IMG/VR virus record: IMGVR_UViG_3300046507_000773
Span: 162,811 to 226,810 of that record
Length of the DNA stretch: 64,000 bases
Reading direction: 5' to 3' (one strand)
The notes below the pieces were generated by a model that saw nothing but the letters and a program-made list of their open reading frames with translations, was not told the origin of the DNA and did not search any database. Position 1 is the first letter of the stretch. The number at the start of each line of letters is the position of its first letter. A program made the translations under genes and the position numbers. This document shows, piece by piece, positions 27,811 to 37,641 of the stretch.

Positions 27811-29136
27811 ATGAAAGCACTGCGTGCAGCACTGGAAGATTTGGAGGTTGAAGACCCCACTTTGGCCAAACTCGAAAAGTCCATTCAGGGCTTGACGGAA
27901 CTGGCTGATTACGCCGAACAACAAGAAGAAGTCCCTGTCGGCATCTCGATGGAGTCGATCTTCGAATCGTTCCGACCGCGTGACTTCAACGTGCAAGGTC
28001 GCCCCATTGCCTCCCTCAAACTGGCGATGGAAGAAATCCACGACCATGTGTGGGCCATCATCGTGGCTGCCGCTATCGCAATCGCTGCAGCTGTTGCCAA
28101 GTTCATGAACTGGAGCTTCGGCGCTGCACCGGGTTCCTCCGGTGGTGGTGGAGGCGGCGGCAGCGGCCACATTTCAGTTGCGGTTACCAAGGTCAAGGCC
28201 ACGGCCAAGGTCATCGAGCAGCAGGAAGTCAAGGTCGTCGAACTCAACCAGGAATTGCAAAGTGCAGCAGTTTCTGTACCGGTCGAAGAAAACAGCTCGA
28301 CCACCGTTCGCATCAATACGCTGGATGATGCGCTCAAACTCCTGCCGGATAACGAAGCGCGGGTCAATCCCGCACTGCTCTGGCTGAAGAAGCCCGACAT
28401 GCTCTCGCTTGACGTGATCAACGAAGGTGAGTTCATGAAAATGATGGAACACGTCATGGAGCACCTGCAAACGGACGAGATGGCGGCCTTCGAGCAAGAA
28501 ATGGGCAGCGTCAAGGAACTCGTGCAGCATCCGGAAAAGCTCGATGATGCGACCATCGCCAAGATCGAAAAGATCTATCACGACCTCACCCAGAAACCCG
28601 TGGGGCCTGCAAACAAACCGTTGCCGGCTCTCATCCACGAAATCAACGAAAAGCATCAACAGTTGGCTTCGTCGCGTCATGAAGAAGGCATTAGCTTTGC
28701 CGACATCATGAAGAAGATGCACAAGGCAATGCAGGGTCCCATCAGCGAACTGGAGAAGATCGTCGAGGGTACCAAGGAAATCATGGGTCACGTGCAAACC
28801 GTCACCGAAGAAATCCAGAAAGCTGCCCAAGAAGTGGCGCACAAGGTGGAGCAATCCGCAGCCGGCTCGTCGGATAAGGAAACGGGCGATCGTCTGGCCA
28901 AGGTGCTGCACATGGTGGGTGAGACCACCCGCCTCATGGCATCGGCCCTTCGCATCACGTACATCGTGGCGAAATCCATGCTGAATGTTGCTCGTCACAT
29001 TCAACAAGCTGCTCGCATCGCGCTGCGCATGCTGAAAGAACGTGTCGTCTCGCGTCTGGAATCCGAAGAAACCAAGAAGCGCGTACAAGAACTCATCACC
29101 GAGCTCACCAACGACTTCAAGAAATACGAACTTTAA
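27811..29136 (+). CDS. Virion head/ejection protein with processed pro-peptide and hydrophobic segment
   Basis: ALE/SME/AME prohead-protease-type sites, then VWAIIVAAAIAIAAAVAKF and a poly-Gly linker. Confidence 0.65.
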   Translation: MKALRAALEDLEVEDPTLAKLEKSIQGLTELADYAEQQEEVPVGISMESIFESFRPRDFNVQGRPIASLKLAMEEIHDHVWAIIVAAAIAIAAAVAKFMNWSFGAAPGSSGGGGGGGSGHISVAVTKVKATAKVIEQQEVKVVELNQELQSAAVSVPVEENSSTTVRINTLDDALKLLPDNEARVNPALLWLKKPDMLSLDVINEGEFMKMMEHVMEHLQTDEMAAFEQEMGSVKELVQHPEKLDDATIAKIEKIYHDLTQKPVGPANKPLPALIHEINEKHQQLASSRHEEGISFADIMKKMHKAMQGPISELEKIVEGTKEIMGHVQTVTEEIQKAAQEVAHKVEQSAAGSSDKETGDRLAKVLHMVGETTRLMASALRITYIVAKSMLNVARHIQQAARIALRMLKERVVSRLESEETKKRVQELITELTNDFKKYEL

Positions 29137-29148
29137 CCTGGAACCATT

Positions 29149-30402
29149 ATGAAAAAACTTATCCCCAGCCTGATCGGGCAGATGGGACTGGAATCGATCT
29201 CCTTCCAGGCGTCGACGATCTTCCTGGACGAACTGGCCCTGGTCATCAGTGACCTGCGCAAGATCGGCAAGAAGAACATCGAAGGCCACGAAGACATCGT
29301 TCGCCTGTCGAATGTCGTCAAGCATCACACCGGCTTGCAGGTACTGTTCCTGATCGGCAACTACGACGCGTCTGTCCGCATCCCGGCTGTCAACAAGAAC
29401 AACGTCCTGGTGAACAACTTCGTTCGCAACTTCATCTCCAGCAACGACGGCTTGCGGATGATCCAGAACTCCGACAAAGCCATCTCGGGCTCGGTCGATC
29501 TGATCAAGGGTCGCGTCACCGGCGTCTTCTGCGATGTCAGTAACGAAATCTACATGCCCGCCGACATGTTCACTGGCGAGAAGTACACGCCGGAAGAAGT
29601 CGGCGCTGTCATCCAGCACGAAATCGGTCACCTCCTGACCTACTTCGAGTACATGGCAGAGCTCGCCTCGACCAATCAGGCTCTGGCAGGCCTTGCAAAG
29701 GGCCTGGACGGCTCTGGCGACATCAAGGAGCGGGAGACTATCCTCGTCGCTCTGAAGGCCAAGAAGGGCCTCTCCAAGCTCGACGTGGAGGAACTGGCCC
29801 GCTGCAATAACAACAAGGCTGTCGAAGTCGCCGTCCTCACCAACATCGTGCAGGAATCGCGCTCGCAACTGGAACGCAGCGTCTACGACATGTCGTCCTG
29901 GGAATACCTGGCCGACCAGTACGTCGCTCGTCAAGGTGGTTCGCGTCACCTCGCCACTGCCCTGTCGAAGATCTACAAGTCCTACGGCAACATCTCGTTC
30001 CGTTCCAGCATCGGCTACGTCGCCATCGAAGCCCTGAAGCTGATGATGCTCGTCATTCTTCCAGGTCTGGGTGCCTTGCTGATCATGATGGATGGCTCGG
30101 GCGATGGCACTTACGACGTTCCGGGTGCACGTCTGAAACGTGTTCGTAACCAGGTGATCGAAAACCTGAAAGACAAGAAGCTCGACAAAGACGACATCCT
30201 GCGCCTGGAAGACGACATCAAAGCGATCGACGTGTGCCTGGAGCAGATCAACGATCGTCGCCAGTTCGTCGAGGTCTTCTGGGACTTCCTGTGGCCGAGC
30301 GCTCGCAAGGATCGCAACTTCACCAATCTGCAAAAAGAACTGGAAGCAATTGCAACCAGCGACCTGTTCCGCCAAAGCGCCCTGCTGCGCAACATGGCTT
30401 AA
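29149..30402 (+). CDS. Virion protein (gp84-like) with zincin HExxH motif
   Basis: GLES site near the N-terminus; QHEIGH and EYLAD.Y motifs; hydrophobic segment. Confidence 0.7.
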   Translation: MKKLIPSLIGQMGLESISFQASTIFLDELALVISDLRKIGKKNIEGHEDIVRLSNVVKHHTGLQVLFLIGNYDASVRIPAVNKNNVLVNNFVRNFISSNDGLRMIQNSDKAISGSVDLIKGRVTGVFCDVSNEIYMPADMFTGEKYTPEEVGAVIQHEIGHLLTYFEYMAELASTNQALAGLAKGLDGSGDIKERETILVALKAKKGLSKLDVEELARCNNNKAVEVAVLTNIVQESRSQLERSVYDMSSWEYLADQYVARQGGSRHLATALSKIYKSYGNISFRSSIGYVAIEALKLMMLVILPGLGALLIMMDGSGDGTYDVPGARLKRVRNQVIENLKDKKLDKDDILRLEDDIKAIDVCLEQINDRRQFVEVFWDFLWPSARKDRNFTNLQKELEAIATSDLFRQSALLRNMA

Positions 30403-30419
30403 CGTAACTAGGAATCAAC

Positions 30420-30890
30420 ATGAACGCGCAACAATCTCTGAACTTCAGCCAAATCGCAAGCCGCGCTGTGGCCAACGCAACCGACCGTAGCAAGGTCGTG
30501 GCAAGCGCTGTCGCCCTGTCGATCGTCAAGGAACTGTCTCTGCCGACGGCTCCCGTCGAAGATCCGGCGATGCACTACATCCAGATGGTGCTGCCGCAGC
30601 TGCGCAACAAGCTGTCGGCTTTCAACGAAGGCGTGGTATTCGACATCCGCTTCTCGCTCGAAGTGATCCGTCAACTGTGGATGACCCGCTATTCGGCGGC
30701 CTTCGGTTCTCGCATCTCCATGTTCAAGCCCGAGTGCTCGTTCATCGAGAACTTCACCGGCGCCTCCCACGTCATCAGCGAAGACATCTGCACGGTCCTG
30801 AACGAACACCAGGTCGCCATCGGCCTGCTGTCGGCAGCGGCGAGCAACATCTTCCAGGAAATGAAAACCGAGGCAGGGAGTCTCCTGTGA
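30420..30890 (+). CDS. Virion-associated protein (gp85-like)
   Basis: 156 aa, SD AGGA, structural operon. Confidence 0.6.
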   Translation: MNAQQSLNFSQIASRAVANATDRSKVVASAVALSIVKELSLPTAPVEDPAMHYIQMVLPQLRNKLSAFNEGVVFDIRFSLEVIRQLWMTRYSAAFGSRISMFKPECSFIENFTGASHVISEDICTVLNEHQVAIGLLSAAASNIFQEMKTEAGSLL

Positions 30891-32368
30891 GCGGCCTGAA
30901 TGACGGCTTCGAACTGGAAGGCGATAAGACCCAGTTCGTCGAGGGAGCCGAACCACTCCTCGAACCGTTCTCGGTGGATGGCGACGCGATCGACATCGTC
31001 ACCCTGGAAAACCGGATCATCGATCTGCAAGACCTGGCCGACGAAATCCGTGACGTGGACGGCATGACCCAGGACTTCGCCATGGAAGCCTTGCGCATCC
31101 TGCCAGACGTCTTGTCGGCAAGCCCGAAGCACTTCTCCAAAGCGCCGTCGATGACGCGTCTGAAGATCTCCATGGAAGAGATCGAAAAAGGTGTGTGGGC
31201 ACTGATCGCTGCTGCTGTCGTGGCAGTCATCGCAATCGTCTACAAAATCTTCAAGTGGCTCTCCGGCGACAAGTCCAGCGATGGCGCAAGCGGCGGAGGT
31301 AGTGGCGGCGCAGGCGCTGCTGCAACTAAAGCGGAAGGTAAGCTCGATGAAAATGTTCGCACCGCAGAAGCAACAAGCAAAGCAGTCGAAGGCGCGGCCG
31401 AAGCAGTCCACGAAGGGACGCAACACCTCCACAGCAATCCGGTCTCGCTCACGGGAGCCGCGGTCAAAGGCAACAAGCCTGGTGCCAGTGGCGCAGGGGA
31501 CGACAAGCCCTACACCTACAACGACTTCGATCAGCTGATCGCCAAGTTCCTGACCGACGGCAGCAAGTTCGATCATGCCAAGAAGTTCCTGGAGTCGGAC
31601 GATCCGATCTTCCACGACATCATCTCGGCGGGCGAATACAGCAAGATGGCGGCCGATGCAGGCGATGCACTCCTGTCCCTGCAAGACGTGCTCGACACTA
31701 AAGTCAAGTTGCTGGAAGAAATCCTGCGGGAAGACATCCACAGCAACGAGATGGTCGACGAGTGGAAACACAACAAGGCACTGGACAACCCTGCCTTGAT
31801 GGAGCCCATCGAACTGAAGTTCCGTGGCAACAAGGTCTCGATGGAAGAGATCTCGCGTCAGCTGCGCAGCATGAAGGAAAAGATCCAATCGAAGAAAGCG
31901 CATGAGCGCATCAACTTCGATAAGCTTTTCCAGCGCATGCATGAAGTGTACAAGAAGCCGGTCAATATGAACATCTTCAATTCCTTGAAAGGCAGCATCC
32001 GTGTTGTCGCCAAGATGGAAGAGAAGATGGCATCGATGCAAAAGCTGACCGACAACCTGGCACACGACGGCAACGCAGGTTCTGCTTCCGCTGGTGGTGT
32101 GGCTGTGCGCATTCGTCAAGTGATCCTGACCCTCGGTAAGGACACCTACGCTTACGCCGTCCTTGCTCACGAACTGAAGTTCTACGCGATGCACTCCGAA
32201 TACCTGGCCAAGGAAGCACTCGGCTTTGGTACCGAAGTCGTTCGCAAGATCGTGCATGCCATGCGCATGGATGGTCAAGAGGTGCCGAAGGAGTGGGACA
32301 AACTCCTGAAGGACCTGGATAAGCAACTGCATACCCTGCGCGAAGCTTTCCGTTCCGGCCAGTCGTAA
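30887..32368 (+). CDS. Virion head/ejection protein (gp86-like), paralog of 27811; GTG start
   Basis: GTGA overlap with SD GGGAG; AME/SME sites, then VWALIAAAVVAVIAIVYKIFKW and a Gly-rich linker. Confidence 0.65.
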   Translation: MSGLNDGFELEGDKTQFVEGAEPLLEPFSVDGDAIDIVTLENRIIDLQDLADEIRDVDGMTQDFAMEALRILPDVLSASPKHFSKAPSMTRLKISMEEIEKGVWALIAAAVVAVIAIVYKIFKWLSGDKSSDGASGGGSGGAGAAATKAEGKLDENVRTAEATSKAVEGAAEAVHEGTQHLHSNPVSLTGAAVKGNKPGASGAGDDKPYTYNDFDQLIAKFLTDGSKFDHAKKFLESDDPIFHDIISAGEYSKMAADAGDALLSLQDVLDTKVKLLEEILREDIHSNEMVDEWKHNKALDNPALMEPIELKFRGNKVSMEEISRQLRSMKEKIQSKKAHERINFDKLFQRMHEVYKKPVNMNIFNSLKGSIRVVAKMEEKMASMQKLTDNLAHDGNAGSASAGGVAVRIRQVILTLGKDTYAYAVLAHELKFYAMHSEYLAKEALGFGTEVVRKIVHAMRMDGQEVPKEWDKLLKDLDKQLHTLREAFRSGQS

Positions 32369-32370
32369 GA

Positions 32371-32413
32371 CAGCATAAAAGCCCCACCCCAAAAGGGTGG
32401 GGCCGTATGCCGG
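32371..32413. repeat. Repeated bidirectional terminator element, copy 3
   Basis: CAGCATAAAAGCCCCACCC-CAAAA-GGGTGGGGCCGTATGCCGG. Confidence 0.8.
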
Positions 32414-32414
32414 A

Positions 32415-35324
32415 TTACTTCTTCTCGTGCACGATGAAGTTGATGGTGACATCTTCTTCAACGATGAGCGTGTCGTCCGTCTGCGCCACAAGACGCTTAC
32501 GAAGACTCATGCGGTTCGCATCATCCACCAACGAGAGCAGCGGATAATTCGATGCCCCACCCAAACCACTGACGGTAACACTGATGACGTCTCCCGAGTA
32601 CAGGTCACGCATCTGGTCTTGTGCTTCATCAATGGCCAAGGTCGTACCATTGAACCATGCCGAGAGCGCCTGGACGGTTGTCGTCTTGAGGCGATCTTTA
32701 AGCGTAGCGTTGCTGTTGACCGCACTGGAGATGACGAGGTCGACTCGCAGCGCTTGACCTGCCTGCATGGAGATGACGGTGCCGTCTGCCAGCATGACAT
32801 CGATGTAGCCCATGTTGACCTTCGGATAGAAGAACAGACGGGTTTGTTCGAGCAAGCGTTTGGACAGCTGCTCCAGGTCCTGCGTGAGCCAGGTGACGAG
32901 CGTGTTGGTCAGTTCAGCGCGATAGCTAACAGCTGCCGCATCCGTTGCAAACCAGTACGCACCTTCAACCATCAGGAGATCCATCTGACGACCCAGGGAA
33001 GCCGAACCCAACGGAATCGGTTGCTGGTTCGCGTCAAGCATCACGTCGCCCTTACGGAACTTGATGACAGGTTGACCGTCAGCATCGAGAACCGTGTCGC
33101 CTTTGGAATGGAGCTTATTCATCACAGCTTTGCCGTCGATGATCTGCACCATCTCGCCATTGGCACCACGTTCGTAGACGTCTTGCTGATACGTCTCGAT
33201 CACGTCCACGTCGTACGTCTGGTACTGCGCCGCTTCCGACACCGTACGAGCGCTAGCCCAGAGTTTATCCAGGACTTCGCCGAACTTGATCTTCAGTTGC
33301 TCATGCGTGATACCAGTGATTTGCGACGGCAACAGGAAGTTACCGAGCACCGAATCAATTGGACCTGGCTTGTACGAATCACGCATCACAGCCGACGTCG
33401 AGAAGATCACGTCAAACGTGGTGGTAAGCGCAGCAGCCGTCACACGAGGCTCAGTCGTGTACATGAAGAACTGGGTGAGCTCCAGGTTATTCGCAGCATC
33501 CACGTTCATGTTCGATGCGAGATCAAACACGTAGACACGTTCACCATCGGCAGTCCGGTTGACCAGGGTACCGTTGAGGTAAGCGCGATCCTTTTCGCCA
33601 GCCGGAACGTACGCCAGTTGCACGTACACTTCGTCGTCTTGCAGATCCTTGAAGTCGTCGCTCGACTGGGTCACAATCGACAGACGGTATCCGGTGTCCA
33701 CTTTGTCGATGACGTAAGCTTGCGTTGCCACTTGCAAGAGCGTCGTGTCGTTTTCGCCCACGAAGATCTTCGCAGCCACACTCGGTGCTTCCAGGTAGTA
33801 AGGACGCAGTTCGAACGTCGCACCCGTCATGTCCATCACGTAGTGGAACGGCGTGTAGTAGTAGCCACCGTTGGTGACCGCCAGAGCACGCTGTTCTGCT
33901 GAGAGCGACAAGAGCGCCTTCAGCGTCGAGTCCGACACAGGCGACACCGCACCACCGGTGTTCTTGTAGAGCAGTTCCGGCGTGAGCGTAATCGACGTGC
34001 CGTTGTTGATGACGCCACTGTAGGACAACAAGTTCTCCACCGTAATTGCAAGCGTCTCGATCGAGGCAGCTGCCGGAGTGATGAGCTTCTTGTTCGAAGG
34101 CGTCGGCATCGGCTTGGTTGCCAGGAAGTCGCGGTTCGTGAGGTTGTCCACGTTGGCCACCACTTCGTAACCTTTGGCTTCGAGTGCCACTGGCAGTTCG
34201 ACATTGGTGATCACACGGTTACCCAGGCCCATCGTGCCATTGATGACGCGCTCACGCAGTTCTTCGAACGTCAATGCATCCGTACCACCACTTGTCGTGG
34301 TCGGCGAGAAGGCATGGAACTGACGCATGGATTTGAGCGGCGCCGTGAAAGCCGTGTCTTCGCTCTTGTCCAGGATCAAGAAATTCGTGACGCACGCATC
34401 CATCGAGTAGTCCACCATGTTAAGAGCGAGAGGCCCTTTGGTCTGGTAGATGTCGACACGGATCTTTTCAGACAGCTGACCCGTATTGACGTAGATCTGC
34501 GGGATGCGGACCAGGAGCAAACCTTCGAGCACTTGCAAGACGGCCGTTGGCGTCGTGATGTCGTAGATCTGGTCGGTGTGCGTGGTGTCGATTTCCTTCC
34601 AGCCCGTTTCTGCGCTACCGTGATAAACGCGAGCGTAGTAGTACTGGTCGGTGAACCCGACATTGAGCTTCGTCTCTTGTGCTTCGTTGATGTCCGTTTG
34701 CTCGGAGACGATGTTGAACTGCTGCACTTCCAGCTGGAAGAACATGTAGTCCTGGTTGTTAGCATCGCGCCGCGGTTCCCAGGGGATGAAGTTGCTCTCC
34801 AGCGTTTGCAGTGGCGACGGGTTCGAAACGTCGTACAGCACCGAATAGCCGCCGTGTTGCAAGAGACTGATAACGACTGGGTACTGAATGCTAAACGTGG
34901 TGTTCGCAATCGTGAAGTTGGTGTGAGGCGGAATCACCAGCTTCTTTGTGTTCGTTACCGGATCGAGAACGAGTGAGTTGTTAAGCTCATCCATTGCGAT
35001 CAGAATGTTGAACACCGTCGTCGAGGGCGTAGCGAAGCGGTCCGTGTAGTCCTTGTCGGACATGTGCGGATACAAGTCTTCGATCGTCTGCGCTGCGATT
35101 GGGTAATCACGGCGATTGAGAATCTCCATCTTTTCCAGACCAGCCGACACGGTGCAAGCACACGCTTCCAGGAGTGCGGTAAAAGGATTGGTGCAATCCA
35201 CGACGTCGATCAGACCGTCACTGGAGTCACGAATCAATTGGATACCCAAACCTTGCATGCGCGTGGGATCGAACTGATAAGCGAGGATGCCATCCTTGTA
35301 GGCACGGACAATATCTGTAGCCAT
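32415..35324 (-). CDS. Virion structural protein (gp87-like), probable baseplate wedge (gp6/J-like)
   Basis: 969 aa; SGGTDALTFEELRER...RVIT resembles the baseplate J/gp6 GGxDxE...R motif. Confidence 0.65.
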   Translation of the reverse strand: MATDIVRAYKDGILAYQFDPTRMQGLGIQLIRDSSDGLIDVVDCTNPFTALLEACACTVSAGLEKMEILNRRDYPIAAQTIEDLYPHMSDKDYTDRFATPSTTVFNILIAMDELNNSLVLDPVTNTKKLVIPPHTNFTIANTTFSIQYPVVISLLQHGGYSVLYDVSNPSPLQTLESNFIPWEPRRDANNQDYMFFQLEVQQFNIVSEQTDINEAQETKLNVGFTDQYYYARVYHGSAETGWKEIDTTHTDQIYDITTPTAVLQVLEGLLLVRIPQIYVNTGQLSEKIRVDIYQTKGPLALNMVDYSMDACVTNFLILDKSEDTAFTAPLKSMRQFHAFSPTTTSGGTDALTFEELRERVINGTMGLGNRVITNVELPVALEAKGYEVVANVDNLTNRDFLATKPMPTPSNKKLITPAAASIETLAITVENLLSYSGVINNGTSITLTPELLYKNTGGAVSPVSDSTLKALLSLSAEQRALAVTNGGYYYTPFHYVMDMTGATFELRPYYLEAPSVAAKIFVGENDTTLLQVATQAYVIDKVDTGYRLSIVTQSSDDFKDLQDDEVYVQLAYVPAGEKDRAYLNGTLVNRTADGERVYVFDLASNMNVDAANNLELTQFFMYTTEPRVTAAALTTTFDVIFSTSAVMRDSYKPGPIDSVLGNFLLPSQITGITHEQLKIKFGEVLDKLWASARTVSEAAQYQTYDVDVIETYQQDVYERGANGEMVQIIDGKAVMNKLHSKGDTVLDADGQPVIKFRKGDVMLDANQQPIPLGSASLGRQMDLLMVEGAYWFATDAAAVSYRAELTNTLVTWLTQDLEQLSKRLLEQTRLFFYPKVNMGYIDVMLADGTVISMQAGQALRVDLVISSAVNSNATLKDRLKTTTVQALSAWFNGTTLAIDEAQDQMRDLYSGDVISVTVSGLGGASNYPLLSLVDDANRMSLRKRLVAQTDDTLIVEEDVTINFIVHEKK

Positions 35325-35326
35325 GT

Positions 35327-36472
35327 TTATCCTAACTTTTGTTGATTGTAAATAGTGACTCGTTGCTGATAGAGTTCATTTGGAACCCACCATTGCAACT
35401 CACCCGTTTCTGGCGCGATACGGGGATAGCCTTTGTTATTGAAAAGATCGAGTGCTTCCATGGGAACCATGGTGTAACGCGGGTGCCTGTACTCGTACTC
35501 GGGCGGAATCCCTGGTGTCGTCGATTGCTTCTTCAGTTTGGCCGAGAAGTTCGAACCTACCATTTCCGGATTGAACATCGCCACGGTCTTGTTGAACGTG
35601 TAGAAGAGATACGTATCCTGGTAAATGGCACCGACACAGCGAAACGTGAGCGAGAGCTGATCGTTCGAATGGTTAAACGGCGTCGTCGAATCGTACGCCA
35701 TTGCAGCACCAATCGGGGAGTTCAGTGGCACAGCTGCACCACAGGCACCGATCTTCTGGACGAACCGTTTATTCTTATCCAGGACCAGGCGATAGATCCT
35801 TGTTAAGTAGTCGATTTCGTTTTCGATGATCATATCCGGCTTCGGTACCAAGAGACCTTGATACACAAAAGAAGCGTAGTGCGCCCAGAAGAACGAGAGC
35901 GCTGTGATCGGATCGCCGTCGATGTTGCGGAAGTTCGCCGTTATATCGTATGTCGATAGATTTTGCGCAACGCTGTCTACCATAAACCAGGATTCTTTGT
36001 ATGCACCCTGGACGGACGTAAAGGTGTCTACTTCTACGTCGGGAAAGCCGGAGATAGAGAGCAGGTTGTTCGTCAGCACTGGGATGAACGCCATATCCGA
36101 ATCAACGAACGGGCACGCCAAGCCATCCTTCATCAGGTCGGGATCGAGTGTGCAGCGGATCACCCGTTGCAAAGACGTCTCGTTATTGGAGAGCAGTGGC
36201 AGCATGAGACGGTTCATGCGAAGATTATCAGCCTGCATGTTCATGCGAGGCTTGGTGAAAAACGTCAAACCATGACCGTCTTTGTTGATGGGTACAGCGT
36301 TTGGAGTCTGACGGTGATTGATACCGAAGAAGTTGTCGCCGATTGCAGTATCGAGGGCAAAGCCACCACCTGCCTGCGAAATGCGATTGACACCATCTTC
36401 GGTGTCGGATGCGCCGTTGGCCTTAAGCACTGTGGCAACATCAAATTTTTTATCGTTTTCTGCCATTTTCAC
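35327..36472 (-). CDS. Virion structural protein (gp88-like), probable tube-fold baseplate protein
   Basis: YDITANFRNIDGDPI..F.W pattern of tube/gp48/gp54-like proteins; synteny. Confidence 0.55.
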   Translation of the reverse strand: MKMAENDKKFDVATVLKANGASDTEDGVNRISQAGGGFALDTAIGDNFFGINHRQTPNAVPINKDGHGLTFFTKPRMNMQADNLRMNRLMLPLLSNNETSLQRVIRCTLDPDLMKDGLACPFVDSDMAFIPVLTNNLLSISGFPDVEVDTFTSVQGAYKESWFMVDSVAQNLSTYDITANFRNIDGDPITALSFFWAHYASFVYQGLLVPKPDMIIENEIDYLTRIYRLVLDKNKRFVQKIGACGAAVPLNSPIGAAMAYDSTTPFNHSNDQLSLTFRCVGAIYQDTYLFYTFNKTVAMFNPEMVGSNFSAKLKKQSTTPGIPPEYEYRHPRYTMVPMEALDLFNNKGYPRIAPETGELQWWVPNELYQQRVTIYNQQKLG

Positions 36473-36498
36473 ATTCTTTCATTTTTGAGGAACTCACC

Positions 36499-37596
36499 AT
36501 GTTTGACATTTCGGATATCGGATTGAATCTCGTCCGTCGCATCCAGGACCTGTGGCGGGGCGGTCGCTCCGAATCGCTGATCGACTACACCCGGCCAATG
36601 CGAGTTGAACCGATCGTCGTGATCGACAACTCGATCCTGTTTCACGATATGCTGCCGGATCTGATGCAGACCCTGCAGTCGCTGTTCTCGGGCTACTACG
36701 CTCAAGCAATCGCCATCTCGACCTCGATCGGCAAGATCGAAGTGCACCGCCACCTGGACCGTCTCAACCCGAGCCGTCGCCCATCGGACTCGGCTGTCGA
36801 TACTGCTGGCTGGTTGGTCGCCCAAGAAAACTACCAGATCGGCCTGCCGACGAAAGCCAAGCGCATTGCGCTGGAGTCGCTGTCGCAGATGATCGAAGAC
36901 GACCGTGAACGTGAAACCGCAGCTGGCTTTGGTCGTGATACGGCCAAGGAGCTGAAAGAGATCACGAACCTGTCGGTCGGTAAGATGCTGATGGTCGAAA
37001 TCACGGACGGCATGCACAAAGGCACGTTCCCGGTATCGATTCGCCTGCTGGCTTCCTCGATGCCTTCGACTGGCGTCATTCATATCTTGACGAACGAAAA
37101 GCAGGACACGAGCGTCAAAGAGCGTTATCACGCCTGGCGTTCGGGCCAGATCGAGTTCATGCGCGACTTCGTGTTCTGCATCGACCTCATCGAAGCTCGT
37201 CGCAAGAACCTGATGGCGGACAAGGATGGCCTGTACACCAAGATGCTGGAACGTCGTCGTAACAACCAGCTCTCGGCAATCGTCTCGGCCAATCCGTCGG
37301 TGGCAAACGCCTCCAACATGATCGTCGTGTCGGAAAACACGATCAAGGATGTCGAACGTGAAATCGGTGGCCGCTTCAGCGACTTCAAAACTCGCGAACG
37401 CCTGCTGGCTGAAACCACGGTGATGATCGTCGCCGTCGTCGATACCCAGTACGACCGTGTCACGTTCTACAGCCGTGGCATCCCCGAGACGACCGAGGTG
37501 TCGGCCCGCGACCTGAAGTCGGCAAACAAGGGCAATGGCCCGGACGTGTCCGACATCCTCAAGGCGTATCAAGTGGGGAACTCCCCGTCCCTGTAA
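36499..37596 (+). CDS. Head/inner body protein (gp89-like)
   Basis: Internal AQE/ALES processing sites; synteny. Confidence 0.65.
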   Translation: MFDISDIGLNLVRRIQDLWRGGRSESLIDYTRPMRVEPIVVIDNSILFHDMLPDLMQTLQSLFSGYYAQAIAISTSIGKIEVHRHLDRLNPSRRPSDSAVDTAGWLVAQENYQIGLPTKAKRIALESLSQMIEDDRERETAAGFGRDTAKELKEITNLSVGKMLMVEITDGMHKGTFPVSIRLLASSMPSTGVIHILTNEKQDTSVKERYHAWRSGQIEFMRDFVFCIDLIEARRKNLMADKDGLYTKMLERRRNNQLSAIVSANPSVANASNMIVVSENTIKDVEREIGGRFSDFKTRERLLAETTVMIVAVVDTQYDRVTFYSRGIPETTEVSARDLKSANKGNGPDVSDILKAYQVGNSPSL

Positions 37597-37641
37597 TCTG
37601 CATGCCTCGCCGTAACTGGCGGGGCTTCAACGAGAAAGAAC

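Noticed and set aside
30677-30886. N-terminal extensions in the ORF track (30677, also 25284, 40688, 47080, 22121, 6808)
   Set aside because: They overlap upstream genes, terminators or promoter regions; better SD-supported starts lie downstream
19354-32413. CRISPR array or MITE from the repeated palindromes
   Set aside because: Copies are kilobases apart at gene ends, with no spacers, target duplications or transposase
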